A stretch of 64,000 nt of DNA, taken from Octopus sinensis (lineage: Eukaryota). The DNA lies in contig NW_021831833.1 in NCBI RefSeq assembly GCF_006345805.1, positions 15,943 through 79,942 on the forward strand, in the 5' to 3' direction. The notes under the pieces were generated by a model. That model made no database searches. It was not told the DNA's origin and saw nothing but the letters and a program-made list of their open reading frames with translations. Positions 29,584 through 40,285 of this stretch are shown piece after piece (position 1 is the stretch's first letter; each line of letters opens with the position of its first letter). The position numbers and the translations under genes are program-made.

Positions 29584-29967
29584 TCTCTCTATATAAAGCT
29601 GAAGTTGTCTGTGTATGGCAGGTAGCCTTCAACTAACACTATATCCTCCGAGACCCTGCGGCGCAAGTTGACCAAAATTGAGAGTATGATAGAAGAAGGC
29701 TTGCTCTTCCTTTCGTAGAAGAAAAAATTCAAATCGGACCATGTTAACACCAAAGATTATTTACATCAAAAAGGTGCATTTTTCTATGAAAATGCCTTTT
29801 TTTTACGATTTTTTGACCGCTGTGTCGCCATTTTTCAGTGTATTTCAACCAGAAAAATGTTCACTTAAAGGGAATAACAAGTTACATAATGCAAAATTTT
29901 TACTTTTCAAAAATTCCAATTCTAAAGGGTCGAAACAAACCCGAGCAACGCCGGGCGATACTGCTAG
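29584..29967 (+). mobile_element. Non-autonomous Helitron-like element
   Basis: 5' TC..TATATAAA start, subterminal GC hairpin CCCGAGCAACGCCGGG, 3' CTAG (29964-29967) followed by T; no TSD seen. Confidence 0.75.
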
Positions 29968-31022
29968 TATACTATAATCTTGCAAAAGGAGAACATGTTT
30001 GACAACATATGTTCTTAGATACATTGTAATTAGAGATTAGATGGAATGGTCATGGCCGTAATTCTTTTGCTTATATGTTCTCGATCAGAATGTTGTTGAT
30101 TGAGAAAACCCAGGTTTAAAAAAGTTCCAGCTGTAACAAACCACCTCATCTACTTTGGTATAATATAGTCTTAAGGGTATGATTGGGTGGTTGGGGGAAT
30201 CTAGCAACTATTTCTAGGCAGGTCAAGTGAGGGCTCTTTTATTGGCGCCTTTTAGCTTATATTATGGTTGTGTATAACGTTAAGATCAATTCTGACTAAA
30301 CAGACATATGATTAAAGGCACATCTGTCATAATCATCGCATCTTATTTTGGTTTTTGAAGATTAGTGTTCACTTTCAAGACATTAGGGAATGAGCTGTTA
30401 TTTCATGCATGTTGTGCAACCACATATGGAGTTCAGGTCCCTCGTGCTGTTCACTGTTTGTATTGATGTTTGTAATACACTTCATAATGGTGGTGTTGCT
30501 GGTAGTGGTCATTGTAGTGAAGATAATGGAGGTGGTAGTGTCGTTTTGGTGGTGGTTGTGTATGAGTATGGCGGCTTGTGGTGGGAGGTTTCATTGGCAT
30601 TGATGCGATAATAATGTTTATAAGAGAGAATGGATGACCGGATGGCTGAAATAAAACACCAAAAGAAGAATTCACGTTGAGAAGAATCTAAAACTCAAAG
30701 AAAGGAGTCATTCAGAGAAAGGAAAGAGAAAAAACAAAAATGGCAACCTATTATTGGCATTTCATGCTGTCATTTCTGTGTACCACATACCACATAACAG
30801 GCACATACAGGCACACGCCCGTACAAGCACACTTATACACATACATGACTAAATGCAATGAATACATACATTTATATGCCTATATACATCAACTACATAT
30901 ACATACCTACATACATGCATAAACACGGACGCATGAGATTATCCATACTTGTTATCACAGAGAAAGTAATCAATGAGATAAAATATAGCACTGTATCATA
31001 CGCATGTATGTAGATTTACAAT

Positions 31023-31073
<51 letters not shown>

Positions 31074-31439
31074 TATATATATATATATATATATATTATG
31101 TATCTATATACGCATGTATCTATGTGTGCATATTTAAGTGTGTATGCGTGTGTACAGGTATGGTAAATACATGCATACAAACATACATAGATACATACGT
31201 AAATGCATGCATATATGTATATGTATATATATGTTTGTATGTATTATTGTAGTATGTTTCTATACACACAGTCATATGTATTTCAAATTACATCTTTAAC
31301 TTTGGATTCCCAAGCGACAATGAAACCGTCAAATAATTAAGGTATCTTTTCGCTGATAAGTAGCTGGCTGAGCACTCCTCACTGAGTAATTATTACATCA
31401 GAGGATCTGATAGCTAAGAAACATATGTAGGGTGGATTT

Positions 31440-32060
31440 TACTAGATCCACTCCTTCAATTTGGATTTTTATTCGCATTCATAGCAAATCTAGGTGCTAA
31501 CCGTGAGAAAATACAAAAACTTTTTCAGCTTCTCGGAATTTAATATAGGGAAAAAGCTCACAACCTTCGACGGCAAAAGATTATTATTGTTCTTGAACGT
31601 TGTTTTTATACCTACAACGGTCCACTCGAAGCTGAGAAACTTCCTACACTTAGATCCTTGGATATTACCAAAAATCAAAGTGGATGAAAGATTTTCGTAA
31701 GTCAAGATCCTTTATCATGGAAATACAAAATGCATTAAACATTCTTCGTGATGTTAGGTTTCAGGCGCCTCAATATTGTAATCCAAAGAAAAGCAGTATT
31801 ATTTGTACCTCTGATGAGAGAAATGCGACTATTTGTATCGGGTGGAAAACTCGCCTAATTCAAACACATTCCTTGAAACGATCGTAAGGTTTTGTAATAC
31901 TGCTTTCATATATAGATATGTGTCTATTTATATGTTAAACAAAAACATTTCCCTAAACCCTGGATTTTCTACATTTATAAGTAGGCTGTCACATCCTTGG
32001 TACTTAGATGAACTTTTCGTTACTCTGCCAACTATTTATTTAATTTTTCAGTGAAAAATA
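31440..32060 (+). mobile_element. Penelope-like element 3' end (GIY-YIG C-terminal remnant plus hammerhead)
   Basis: Decayed NIGKK and FRKSRSFIMEIQNALN (R..E..FI....LN-like) followed by a hammerhead; ends at (TA)n. Confidence 0.6.
31807..31890 (+). ncRNA. Minimal type I hammerhead ribozyme (PLE type)
   Basis: ACCT-CTGATGA-GAGAAATG...CATTCCTT-GAAA-CGATCG-TA-AGGT; palindromic stem III; predicted cleavage after A31886. Confidence 0.8.
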
Positions 32061-32092
32061 CACATACATTGATATGTATATATATATATACA

Positions 32093-32366
32093 TCGTGAGG
32101 TTGTGTGTTGGAATCCCGGACCAGGCTGCATGTTGTGTTCTTGAGCAAGACACTTTATTTCACGTTGCACCAGTCCACTCAGCTGTAGAAATGAGTTGCG
32201 ACGTCACAGGTGCCAAACTGTATCTGCTGTTGCCTTTCCCTTGGATAACACTGGTGGCGTGGAGAGGGAAGGCCGGTATGCATGGGCGACTGCTGGTCTT
32301 CCATAAACAACCTTGCCCGGACTTGTGCCTCGGAGGGTAACTTCCTAGGTGCAATCCCATGGTCAG
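32093..32366 (+). mobile_element. SINE family C
   Basis: B-box-like GTTGGAATCCC followed by CTTGAGCAAGACACTTTATTTCAC; closely similar copy at 56603-56851. Confidence 0.85.
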
Positions 32367-32379
32367 TCAATCGATGTTC

Positions 32380-32570
32380 CCTCATTATTGTGACACAGCA
32401 GTGAAAAGTATTGTCCGTGATTGCTCGAAATGTGGAGAGCGGACAACTGATGAAGGGTCATTCTTTGTATTACTTGTCCTTTTTTTCTGTCGTTATTTGC
32501 GTATTTAACTCATTTGTTTTCGTATCTTATGTTGTTTACTGCTGGTGATGTCCTGTACCTATATCTGCAT
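32380..32570 (+). mobile_element. Family P1 element with permuted hammerhead-like motif (32406-32460)
   Basis: GTA|TTGTCCG|TGATTGCTC-GAAA-TGT|GGAGAG|CGGACAA-CTGATGA-AGGGTCA; P1 tail GTCCTGTACCTATATCTGCAT. Confidence 0.6.
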
Positions 32571-32586
32571 ATATATATATATATAT

Positions 32587-32762
32587 AATCTCAAGATTAA
32601 TCACCCGAAATTGCGAGGATGATCTAGTTCTTGATTGAGGATAGAAAGCTTCGAATGACCCATCCTTTTTTTTTTTTCGTATCGTCTGTCTGGATGTTTT
32701 TTGGTCCCTTTTTGTATCACCTAGTTGTTCGGATGTTTTGCGTTCTTGTCCCATTTTGTATT
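32587..32762 (+). mobile_element. Family P2 element, 5'-truncated, in (TA)n
   Basis: AATC|TCAAGA|..GAAATTGC..TCTTGA-TTGAGGA; closely similar to 39746-39885. Confidence 0.65.
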
Positions 32763-32799
32763 TTATATATATATTTTATATACATATATATATATATAT

Positions 32800-32853
<54 letters not shown>

Positions 32854-32855
<2 letters not shown>

Positions 32856-33420
32856 TTGTTTTCATGCGGTTCATCTTGAGACCTACTGCAGAACTTTTGA
32901 TGTCGAGCTCCGTCAGCATGGTCTGAAGCTGATCCATGTTTTCAGCGATGAGTACGATGTCGTCAGCGAAATGTAGGTGAGTGAGGAGCTCGCCATTGAT
33001 GTTGACACCACCTTGCCAGTCGATGCCTCTGATGATCTGTTCGAGACATGCAGTGAAAAGTTTTGGGGAGATTGTATCTCCTTGCTTCACTCCCTTCTCG
33101 ACCGGCACTCGTAAGGGTGATGACAGTAGAGCTATGTCGGTGGTGCATCCGGAATTTGCCTCTCTGAGCAGCTGCACATATTGCGCTTCGATTCCTTGCC
33201 TCTGCAGCGAGTTCAGCACTGCGTTGGTTTCGACGCTATCGAAGGCCTTCTCATAATCTATAAACGCAACGCAAAGAGGCAGCTTGGACTCATTTGCTCG
33301 CTCAAGCAGTTGTGTTAGAGTAAATATATGGTCCATGGTGCTGTAGTTCTTCCGGAAGCCTGCTTGCTCCCTCGTTTGTTGTTCGTCGAGACGACGTGAC
33401 AACCTGTTCAGAATTATCTT
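32854..33420 (-). mobile_element. RTE-clade LINE, inverted RT segment
   Basis: Open frame EQAGFR..STMDHIF..FIDYEKAFDSV..GVKQGDTISPKLF..HFADDIVL..GLKMNRMKTK. Confidence 0.93.
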
Positions 33421-33423
33421 CTG

Positions 33424-34100
33424 ACCGCATGAAAACAAAGTTCATGCGGTCAGACAAAGTACCAACAGGTCGAATGGTGATCGGCAGTGATGAAATAGAG
33501 GAGGTGAGGGAATATGTCTACCTGGGACAGGAAGTAAATATGTGCCGGGATATCAAAAAGGAGATCTCACGGAGAGTAAGGGCCGGATGGAAGGCGTTCA
33601 ATGGCATAAGGGATGTGCTCAGGGGAAGTTTGGACAGGACCACCCGCGCCAACCTCATTAACAGTGCAGTTCTGCCTGCAATGTTATATGGTAGTGAAAC
33701 GTGGGCTACCGCAAAGAGAGAAGAGCAAAGACTGGTAACGGCTCAAAGAGCCATGGAAAGGTGAATGCTTGGTATCTCGTTGAGAGAGCCCATAAGTAGC
33801 AAGATCATCAGAAAGAAGTCCGGCGTGAGAGATGCCATCGCAGAGTATACACGCAGCAAGTATAGATGGGCTGGACACGTCATCCGGCTCACCGATAATC
33901 GGTGGACGCACGCAGTCGCCGAGTGGTACCCGCGTGAGCGGAAAAGATCACCCGGAAGACCTCCACGACGGTGGAGTTACGATTTCAGGAGGACGATGGG
34001 GATCACGTGGATGAGAAAGGCGCGGAGTGGACAGCGTGCTGAGACTAGCGGTGTCAAATGGACGCCTGACGGACTGGTCGGTCAAGGTGATCAAGGTGAT
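33424..34100 (+). mobile_element. RTE-clade LINE, forward 3' segment with (CAAGGTGAT)2 tail
   Basis: RMKTKFM..EYVYLGQ..EISRRVRAGW..LYGSETW..WAGHVIR..GRPPRRW; one in-frame stop at 33762-33764; short tandem-repeat tail typical of RTE. Confidence 0.93.
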
Positions 34101-34106
34101 ATATAT

Positions 34107-34147
34107 ACTAGCATTATGACCCGGCGTTGCCGGGTCATAGTGCTAGT
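34107..34147. repeat. 41-bp palindrome resembling two head-to-head Helitron 3' ends
   Basis: ACTAGCATTATGACCCGGC-GTT-GCCGGGTCATAGTGCTAGT, 19-bp stem with one T.G pair. Confidence 0.8.
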
Positions 34148-35012
34148 GTATGTATGTGTATATATATGTGTACATATTACATGTACATCTATATATACAC
34201 ATCTACACATAAAATACAAAATACAAAGTTATATCTTGATATCGCTAGTGATAACAATACTCAAAATAGATAACAGACTAGAATTGTAGGCCCGTCTCTT
34301 GCAATTTCGATCAATTGTATCTTGTCCTCCTTCTTGTATAGAAGTGTGGCTACAATCCAGCCTACCTCTACTTTTGGGGGGACATTTTAAATTTTTATCC
34401 GGGACGTCCTACGTCCCAGATATAAAGGTAAAAATAAAATATTTCCACTTTGCAAGGTTTGAGTCGACTACTCCCTTGCCCGCTCCGTTGACTCGAACCT
34501 TGCTTCTATTGTGGCGAATTTACCGCCTTTGGTTAGATACTTGATATCTTTCATAGTCGTACCAAGACATTTTTCGATGGTGCTTTCCTCCAGGTGTTCA
34601 AATCTTTTTTTTTTCTCTACATTGTATACTTTATACACAATAGTCTTTTCTTTAATTTAATTTTTTATTTCGTTTGGTGGCGTTATCCTAGATTCACCGT
34701 CTTTGTCGCTGATCAATCCGAAATAGGCTTGTATTTCTTCCATTTTAATTTTAATGAGTTCGCGCCCGTCGACGGCTGCAGCGAAATTCATTTTTAGACT
34801 TTCTTCTATCGAAGGCATTTTAACAAAAATGCTTCCTTATAAACTGTGAAATTATTGTCAATTTCCCCAAACAGGGACACATTTCAATTTTTAAACAATA
34901 ACCAAAGCTCCTTCTCCCAAAGTGGGAGGGTTACGGTTTACCATTATTTAATAAATGCAACACAGCAACGTTTCCCTTACAGGGAACCAACAAACGTATA
35001 TATATATATATA

Positions 35013-35416
35013 CTCTTTACTTGTTTCAGTCATTTGACTGCGGCCCTGCTGGAGCACCGCCTTTAGTCGAGCAAATCGACCCCGGGACTTATTCTTTGTA
35101 AGCCCAGTACTTATTCTATCGGTCTCTTTTGCCGAACCGCTAAGTGACGGGGACGTAAACACACCAGCATCGGTTGTCAAGCAATGCTAGAGAGACAAAC
35201 ACAGACACACAAACATACACACACACAGACATATATATATATATACATATATACGACAGGCTTCTTTCCGTTTCCGTCTACCAAATCCACTCACAAGGCT
35301 TTGGTCGGCCCGAGGCTATAGCAGAAGACACTTGTCCAAGATGCCACGCAGTGGGACTGAACCCGGAACCATGTGGCTGGTTAGCAAGCTACTTATCACA
35401 CAGCCCCTCCTGCGCC
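35013..35416 (-). mobile_element. tRNA-derived SINE family B (CORE-like), full length
   Basis: Reverse complement of GGCGCAGGAG..TGGTTCCGGGTTCAGTCCC..TTGGRCAAGTGTCTTCT..GACTGAAACAAGTAAAGAG; other copies at 44098 and 61581. Confidence 0.9.
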
Positions 35417-35987
35417 TATATATATATATTTCCAATTAGTTTATATATATATATATATATATATAACACGCAAACACATATATATATGCATGTGCATATG
35501 CATGCATACACATACAATCAGTCTCTGCATTATTCTGTATATTCTAATTTCAACAATTTGACTCTTTCTCTATCTCAGCTGCTCTCTTATTTTCCCTCAG
35601 CCTATAAATCTTTCCTCCTTCTTTTTCTATCGTTCACCTCTGTCGCTGTATTTCCGTCACACACTCACACATGCACACACACACGCCCTCCTTCCTTCTC
35701 TCTCTCTCTCTCTCACTTTCACTTTTTGTCTCATATTTTAATCTATGCTATAAGCAACGTATTTTCCTTCATATGACCATAATTTCTTTCATTCAGAATT
35801 CTTTCTTTATTTTTTAATCTTTTTTTTTTGTTTTTGGATCTAACTCCTTCTTTACGCGTTTTATTTCTTCGCTTTTCTAATTAATACCATTTATGAAAAG
35901 AAGATGAAAAATGCACGCACACGCACACATCCGCACACACACGCACACATACACACACTCACACGCATTCTCTCATACACACAAGCA

Positions 35988-36035
<48 letters not shown>

Positions 36036-36205
36036 GTATGTATGTATGTATATATATGTATATATATGTATGTGTGTATGGGTAGGTATTTATATGTGTG
36101 TGTGTATGTGTATGTATATGCACATATACATACAAACGCTTATACATATATACGCACATATATAAATATGTATGTATACATATGTGTGCTTGCGTGTGTG
36201 TGTTA

Positions 36206-36237
<32 letters not shown>

Positions 36238-36507
36238 CCAAATATATATTAGTATCTGGAATGGCTGAAAGCTATTCCAGAAACGAATTCTGTGTGTCTT
36301 GATATTTTTACAACTATCTAATTGCACATCAAACGCCATTTGTCTTTGGACGGGATTAAAACCATTAAACCATTGCGGACGAACGCTGAACACATGGACA
36401 TCGTTCTCTGCACCTCCCCGTCTCCACCCATCCATTCAGCCAACTAATATCCACTTCACCTCCATCCTCTCCGACCCAAAGATCATAATAAAAAATATTA
36501 TTATTAC

Positions 36508-36579
<72 letters not shown>

Positions 36580-36682
36580 GTTGTTGTTGTTGTTTTAGTT
36601 GTTGTAGTTGATCTTTCCATTTTGGGTCTTGTGGCTAAAAAAATTATTGTTGTTGTTGTTATTATTATTATTATTATTACTA

Positions 36683-36730
<48 letters not shown>

Positions 36731-36769
36731 GTCATTGCTACTATTGTTGTTGGTGCTGTTGTTGTTATT

Positions 36770-36818
<49 letters not shown>

Positions 36819-37011
36819 CCGAATGACGTGATGAAATGCCTTGTGGTAATTATTCCTCAGTATTGTGTTCTGTTCTCTGTTTCAAACGCAGCACATGACA
36901 ACCTCTATTTTCATCCTTCAGCCGACAAAATGCTGGATTATTGAAATAGTGGAATCGGGTTAACCGACTAAATCTCTCCTCCATATTTGCTGGATTTGTT
37001 CCATTATTATC

Positions 37012-37051
<40 letters not shown>

Positions 37052-37053
<2 letters not shown>

Positions 37054-37779
37054 GAGTGAGCGAGCAGAGCATGCCATCAAAGTGACACTGGGGTAAAATA
37101 TACGAAGCCCAGTATACCCATCATGACTACCCGTCTGATAAGGGTACACTAGGCACATGCATCACAACCATATGTGCGCGACATGGTAATCTCATATCAA
37201 GATAAACAGCACATGACCTTGCAGGTGGAGCCCAGTTAGAATTTTCTTCTGGTCGAGTAACCCATCCTGCTCAAAAGGTCCCTGAATAAGGGTTGTTTAA
37301 GGACGTTGAACGAAACACCCATGTTTCCAGAGGTGAATTATTCAAACCCCAAAGAATCCTTCTCAACACATGGCTATGATGCTCCCCCACTACTTCTGCT
37401 CGTGATCAGAGATGCACATATCGTCAGCCACTAAGGGACATGCTCAACTGGTTAAGGTCAAACAACTGACAAGCAAATCTGTGGTATTGAGCAGAATATT
37501 TCTGCTCAATACCACAGATTCTGATTGGAAGTGTTATCATGTACGTTGTTTTGTCTTGGTATAAAAGATGGGCTACAGCAAATATTCTGCTCAATACCAC
37601 AGATTTGCTTGTCAGTTGTTTGACCTTAACCAGTTGAGCATGTCCCTTAGTGGCTGACGATATGTGCATCTCTGATCACGAGCAGAAGTAGTGGGGGAGC
37701 ATCATAGCCATGTGTTGAGAAGGATTCTTTGGGGTTTGAATAATTCACCTCTGGAAACATGGGTGTTTCGTTCAACGTC
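37052..37779 (-). mobile_element. Retroelement 3' end in (TAA)n with a 200-bp inverted duplication
   Basis: Arms 37302-37501 and 37580-37779 read as exact reverse complements; (TTA)n on both flanks. Confidence 0.8.
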
Positions 37780-37819
37780 ATTATTATTATTATTATTATT
37801 GTTATTATTATTATTATTC

Positions 37820-38132
37820 TCAGAGCTCTGTCTTACTTGCTCTGGTTGATTCTGTGAAGCGAGCAGCAGCCTGTTAGAGGTCCCAGAGGGCCTTACCGCA
37901 AATTATAAGACTTAGAACTTGGCTGTTAAGCGTTGTGAAAGATAGTGGAAGAGGTTCAATACCCAAGCACCAGTCTCTAAATCCTAGCTGTACCCAGTAG
38001 AGCAGATATGCTCTGCTTTCAATGCTCTGCTTTCCAATTTCTCCGACATATTTTTCGAATTTTGTGGTTAGTGCTCTGAGTGCCCCTATAAGTACTGGGT
38101 TAACAGTTACTCCTCCTCATTACCACATTCCA
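37820..38132 (-). mobile_element. R4/Dong-like LINE extreme 3' end
   Basis: Minus strand VTVNPVLIGALRALTTKFEKYV..ALLGTARI; ends in (TAA)n at 37780-37818. Confidence 0.75.
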
Positions 38133-38133
38133 G

Positions 38134-38343
38134 ACGGTGAGCTGGTGCAATAGTTAAGCACGCTGGACGAAATGTTTACCGACATTTCATCCGTCTTTAC
38201 GTTCTGAGTTCAAATTCCGCTGAGGTCGACTTTGCTTTTGTCCTTTCGGGGTCATTAAAATAAATACCAGTTGAGCACTAGAGTTGATGAAATCGGCTTA
38301 CCCCACTCCCTGAAATTGCTGGCCTTGTACCAAAATTTTAAAT
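38134..38343 (+). mobile_element. SINE family A
   Basis: Head GGTGAGCTGG and core GAGGTCGACTTTGC..CCTTTCGGGGTC. Confidence 0.8.
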
Positions 38344-38387
38344 CATTATTATTATTTTTATTATTGTTCTCATTGTTCTTGCCACTA

Positions 38388-38550
38388 TCTTCTTCTTCTT
38401 CTTCTTCTTCTTCTTCTTCTTCTTCTTCTTCTTCTTCTTCTTCTTCTTCTTCTTCTTCTTCTTCTTCTTCTCTTCTTCTTCTTCTTCTTCTTCTTCTTCT
38501 TCTTCTTCTTCTTCTTCTTCTTCTTCTTCTTCTTCTTCTTCTTCTTCTTC
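38388..38550. repeat. (CTT)n microsatellite
   Basis: Direct reading. Confidence 0.98.
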
Positions 38551-38579
38551 CAATCAGGACTCACGCCATTAGCCACAAA

Positions 38580-39024
38580 GAATAATCTCTAATTTGAGTC
38601 TACTCTAAGCTACTAAGAATGTGTGTGGCAACTTGAAGATCCACCCACCACACGCGATAGACTGTTGGTTGCACGGGCGCTAAAGCTACGTTGTATCCTC
38701 ATTCGGTAAACGGTGACTTTTAACGGGGGGAGAGCTGAACCATCTTGGGGTACAGAGGATTCGCAATCTAGACTAGGGTCTGAAAGTTTATCACACCAAA
38801 GTGAATTACACCATGGTCCCTCTGCTTTGTGGCAGAAGTAGGAAGAAAGAGTGAGAGAAATTTGTGGTGAAAGAGTACCGCGGGGCTCTCCCCAACCGCC
38901 GGAGATTCGTGGTGCTTAGGTGCATTTGCTCAATAAACACTCACAATGCCCGGTCTGGGATTCGAAACCGCGTTCTTGCGACCGCGAGTTTGCTGCCCTA
39001 ACCACCGGGCCATTGCGCCTCCAC
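38580..39024 (-). mobile_element. tRNA-derived SINE family D
   Basis: Minus strand TGGCCCGGTGG (A-box-like) and GGTTTCGAATCCC (B-box-like) head; left boundary approximate. Confidence 0.7.
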
Positions 39025-39046
39025 TCTTGTTGCTGTTGCTCGTAAA

Positions 39047-39665
39047 GGCGGCGAACTGGCAGCATTGTTAAGACGCTGGGTAAAATGCTAAGTAGTATTT
39101 CTTTATTCTTTGTGTTCTGAGGTGAAATGATGTCGTTCATCCTTTCAGGATTGACGAATTTAGAACCAGTTAATTTCTGGTGTCTATGTAATGAACTAAA
39201 CCCATCCCACTAAATTTCAGGTCTTCTGACTATAGTACAAAGGATTTTATTATGTAGGTGGTGAAATGGCAGGATCGTTTGTACAAAAGGCTTAGTGACA
39301 TTTCATCCATCTTTACTCTGTTGTGTCTGGGGAGAGTCATTTTCTTTTTGTGCTTTATAATGTAACGCACTCACCGGTAAAATTTCCACTTATAAGAAAT
39401 AAGTGGAAATTTTACCGGTGAGTGTGTTACGTTATAAGGCACAAAATAAGAATTACTCTCCCCAGACACATCAGAATATGCTTCAACACACGAACTCATA
39501 TAAAGAATCTTGCAAACCAAATCCAAAAACGAAATCCATCTTTACGTTTTGAGATGAAATTCCGTCAAGGTCGATTTTGTCGTTAAAATCAGTAATAGTT
39601 GAGCACTGAGATCGATGTAATTGATTTACTCCCTCTACCAAAATTGCTGGCCTTGTGTTGTCAAT
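39047..39665 (+). mobile_element. Two degenerate family A SINEs; the second (39256-39665) is split by an insertion
   Basis: Family A head and core motifs resume after 39545. Confidence 0.7.
39317..39533. mobile_element. Fold-back insertion (77-bp arms) with 12-bp TSD
   Basis: Arms 39317-39393 and 39399-39475; ATCCATCTTTAC duplicated at 39305-39316 and 39534-39545. Confidence 0.85.
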
Positions 39666-39666
39666 C

Positions 39667-39698
<32 letters not shown>

Positions 39699-39714
39699 AA
39701 GCTAAGCTCTTAGC

Positions 39715-39885
39715 TTAGCTTTTCCTTGGGGCTGGCCAGATCGGAGCAATCTCAAGATTAATCAGACGAAATTGCGAGGATGATCCGGTTCTTGACTGAA
39801 GATTAAAGGCTTTGAATGACCCGTCCGTGTTTTTTGTATCGTCTATCTGGATGTTTTGCGTTCTTGTCCCATTTTGTATTTTTTT
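39715..39885 (+). mobile_element. Family P2 element with permuted hammerhead-like motif (39736-39806)
   Basis: GCAA-TC|TCAAGA|TTAATCAGAC-GAAA-TTGC|..|TCTTGA-CTGAAGA-TTAA. Confidence 0.65.
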
Positions 39886-39900
39886 AAACACACACATATG

Positions 39901-39940
<40 letters not shown>

Positions 39941-39991
39941 GCGGCGTACGTACACTTTATTCTCACACACACCACACACACACCACACACA

Positions 39992-40036
<45 letters not shown>

Positions 40037-40041
<5 letters not shown>

Positions 40042-40285
40042 TATGTGGGCACAGGACGTTACGAAATGTATACAACAAAAAAAATATGAAGTTCGAGTAC
40101 ATGGAATATGAAATATGTTTTCGAAGAACGAAAGACACAAATGGAAAACAAGACAAATAACAAGAACGACCCCTCATCAATTGTTTGTTTTGTTTTCCAT
40201 ATGTGTCTTTCGTTGTTCGAAAAAATAGTCCATGTTCCATGTACTCGTACTTCTTTTTTTTGTTGCACACTTTGCACACATATGC
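40037..40285 (-). mobile_element. Family P1 element with an inverted copy of its own 3' part
   Basis: Arms about 40070-40157 and 40184-40268; minus strand CAAACAA-TTGATGA-GGGGTCG then P1 tail. Confidence 0.7.

Noticed and set aside
38940-39024. tRNA gene
   Set aside because: Has A/B-box-like motifs but continues into a SINE body and gives no complete cloverleaf.
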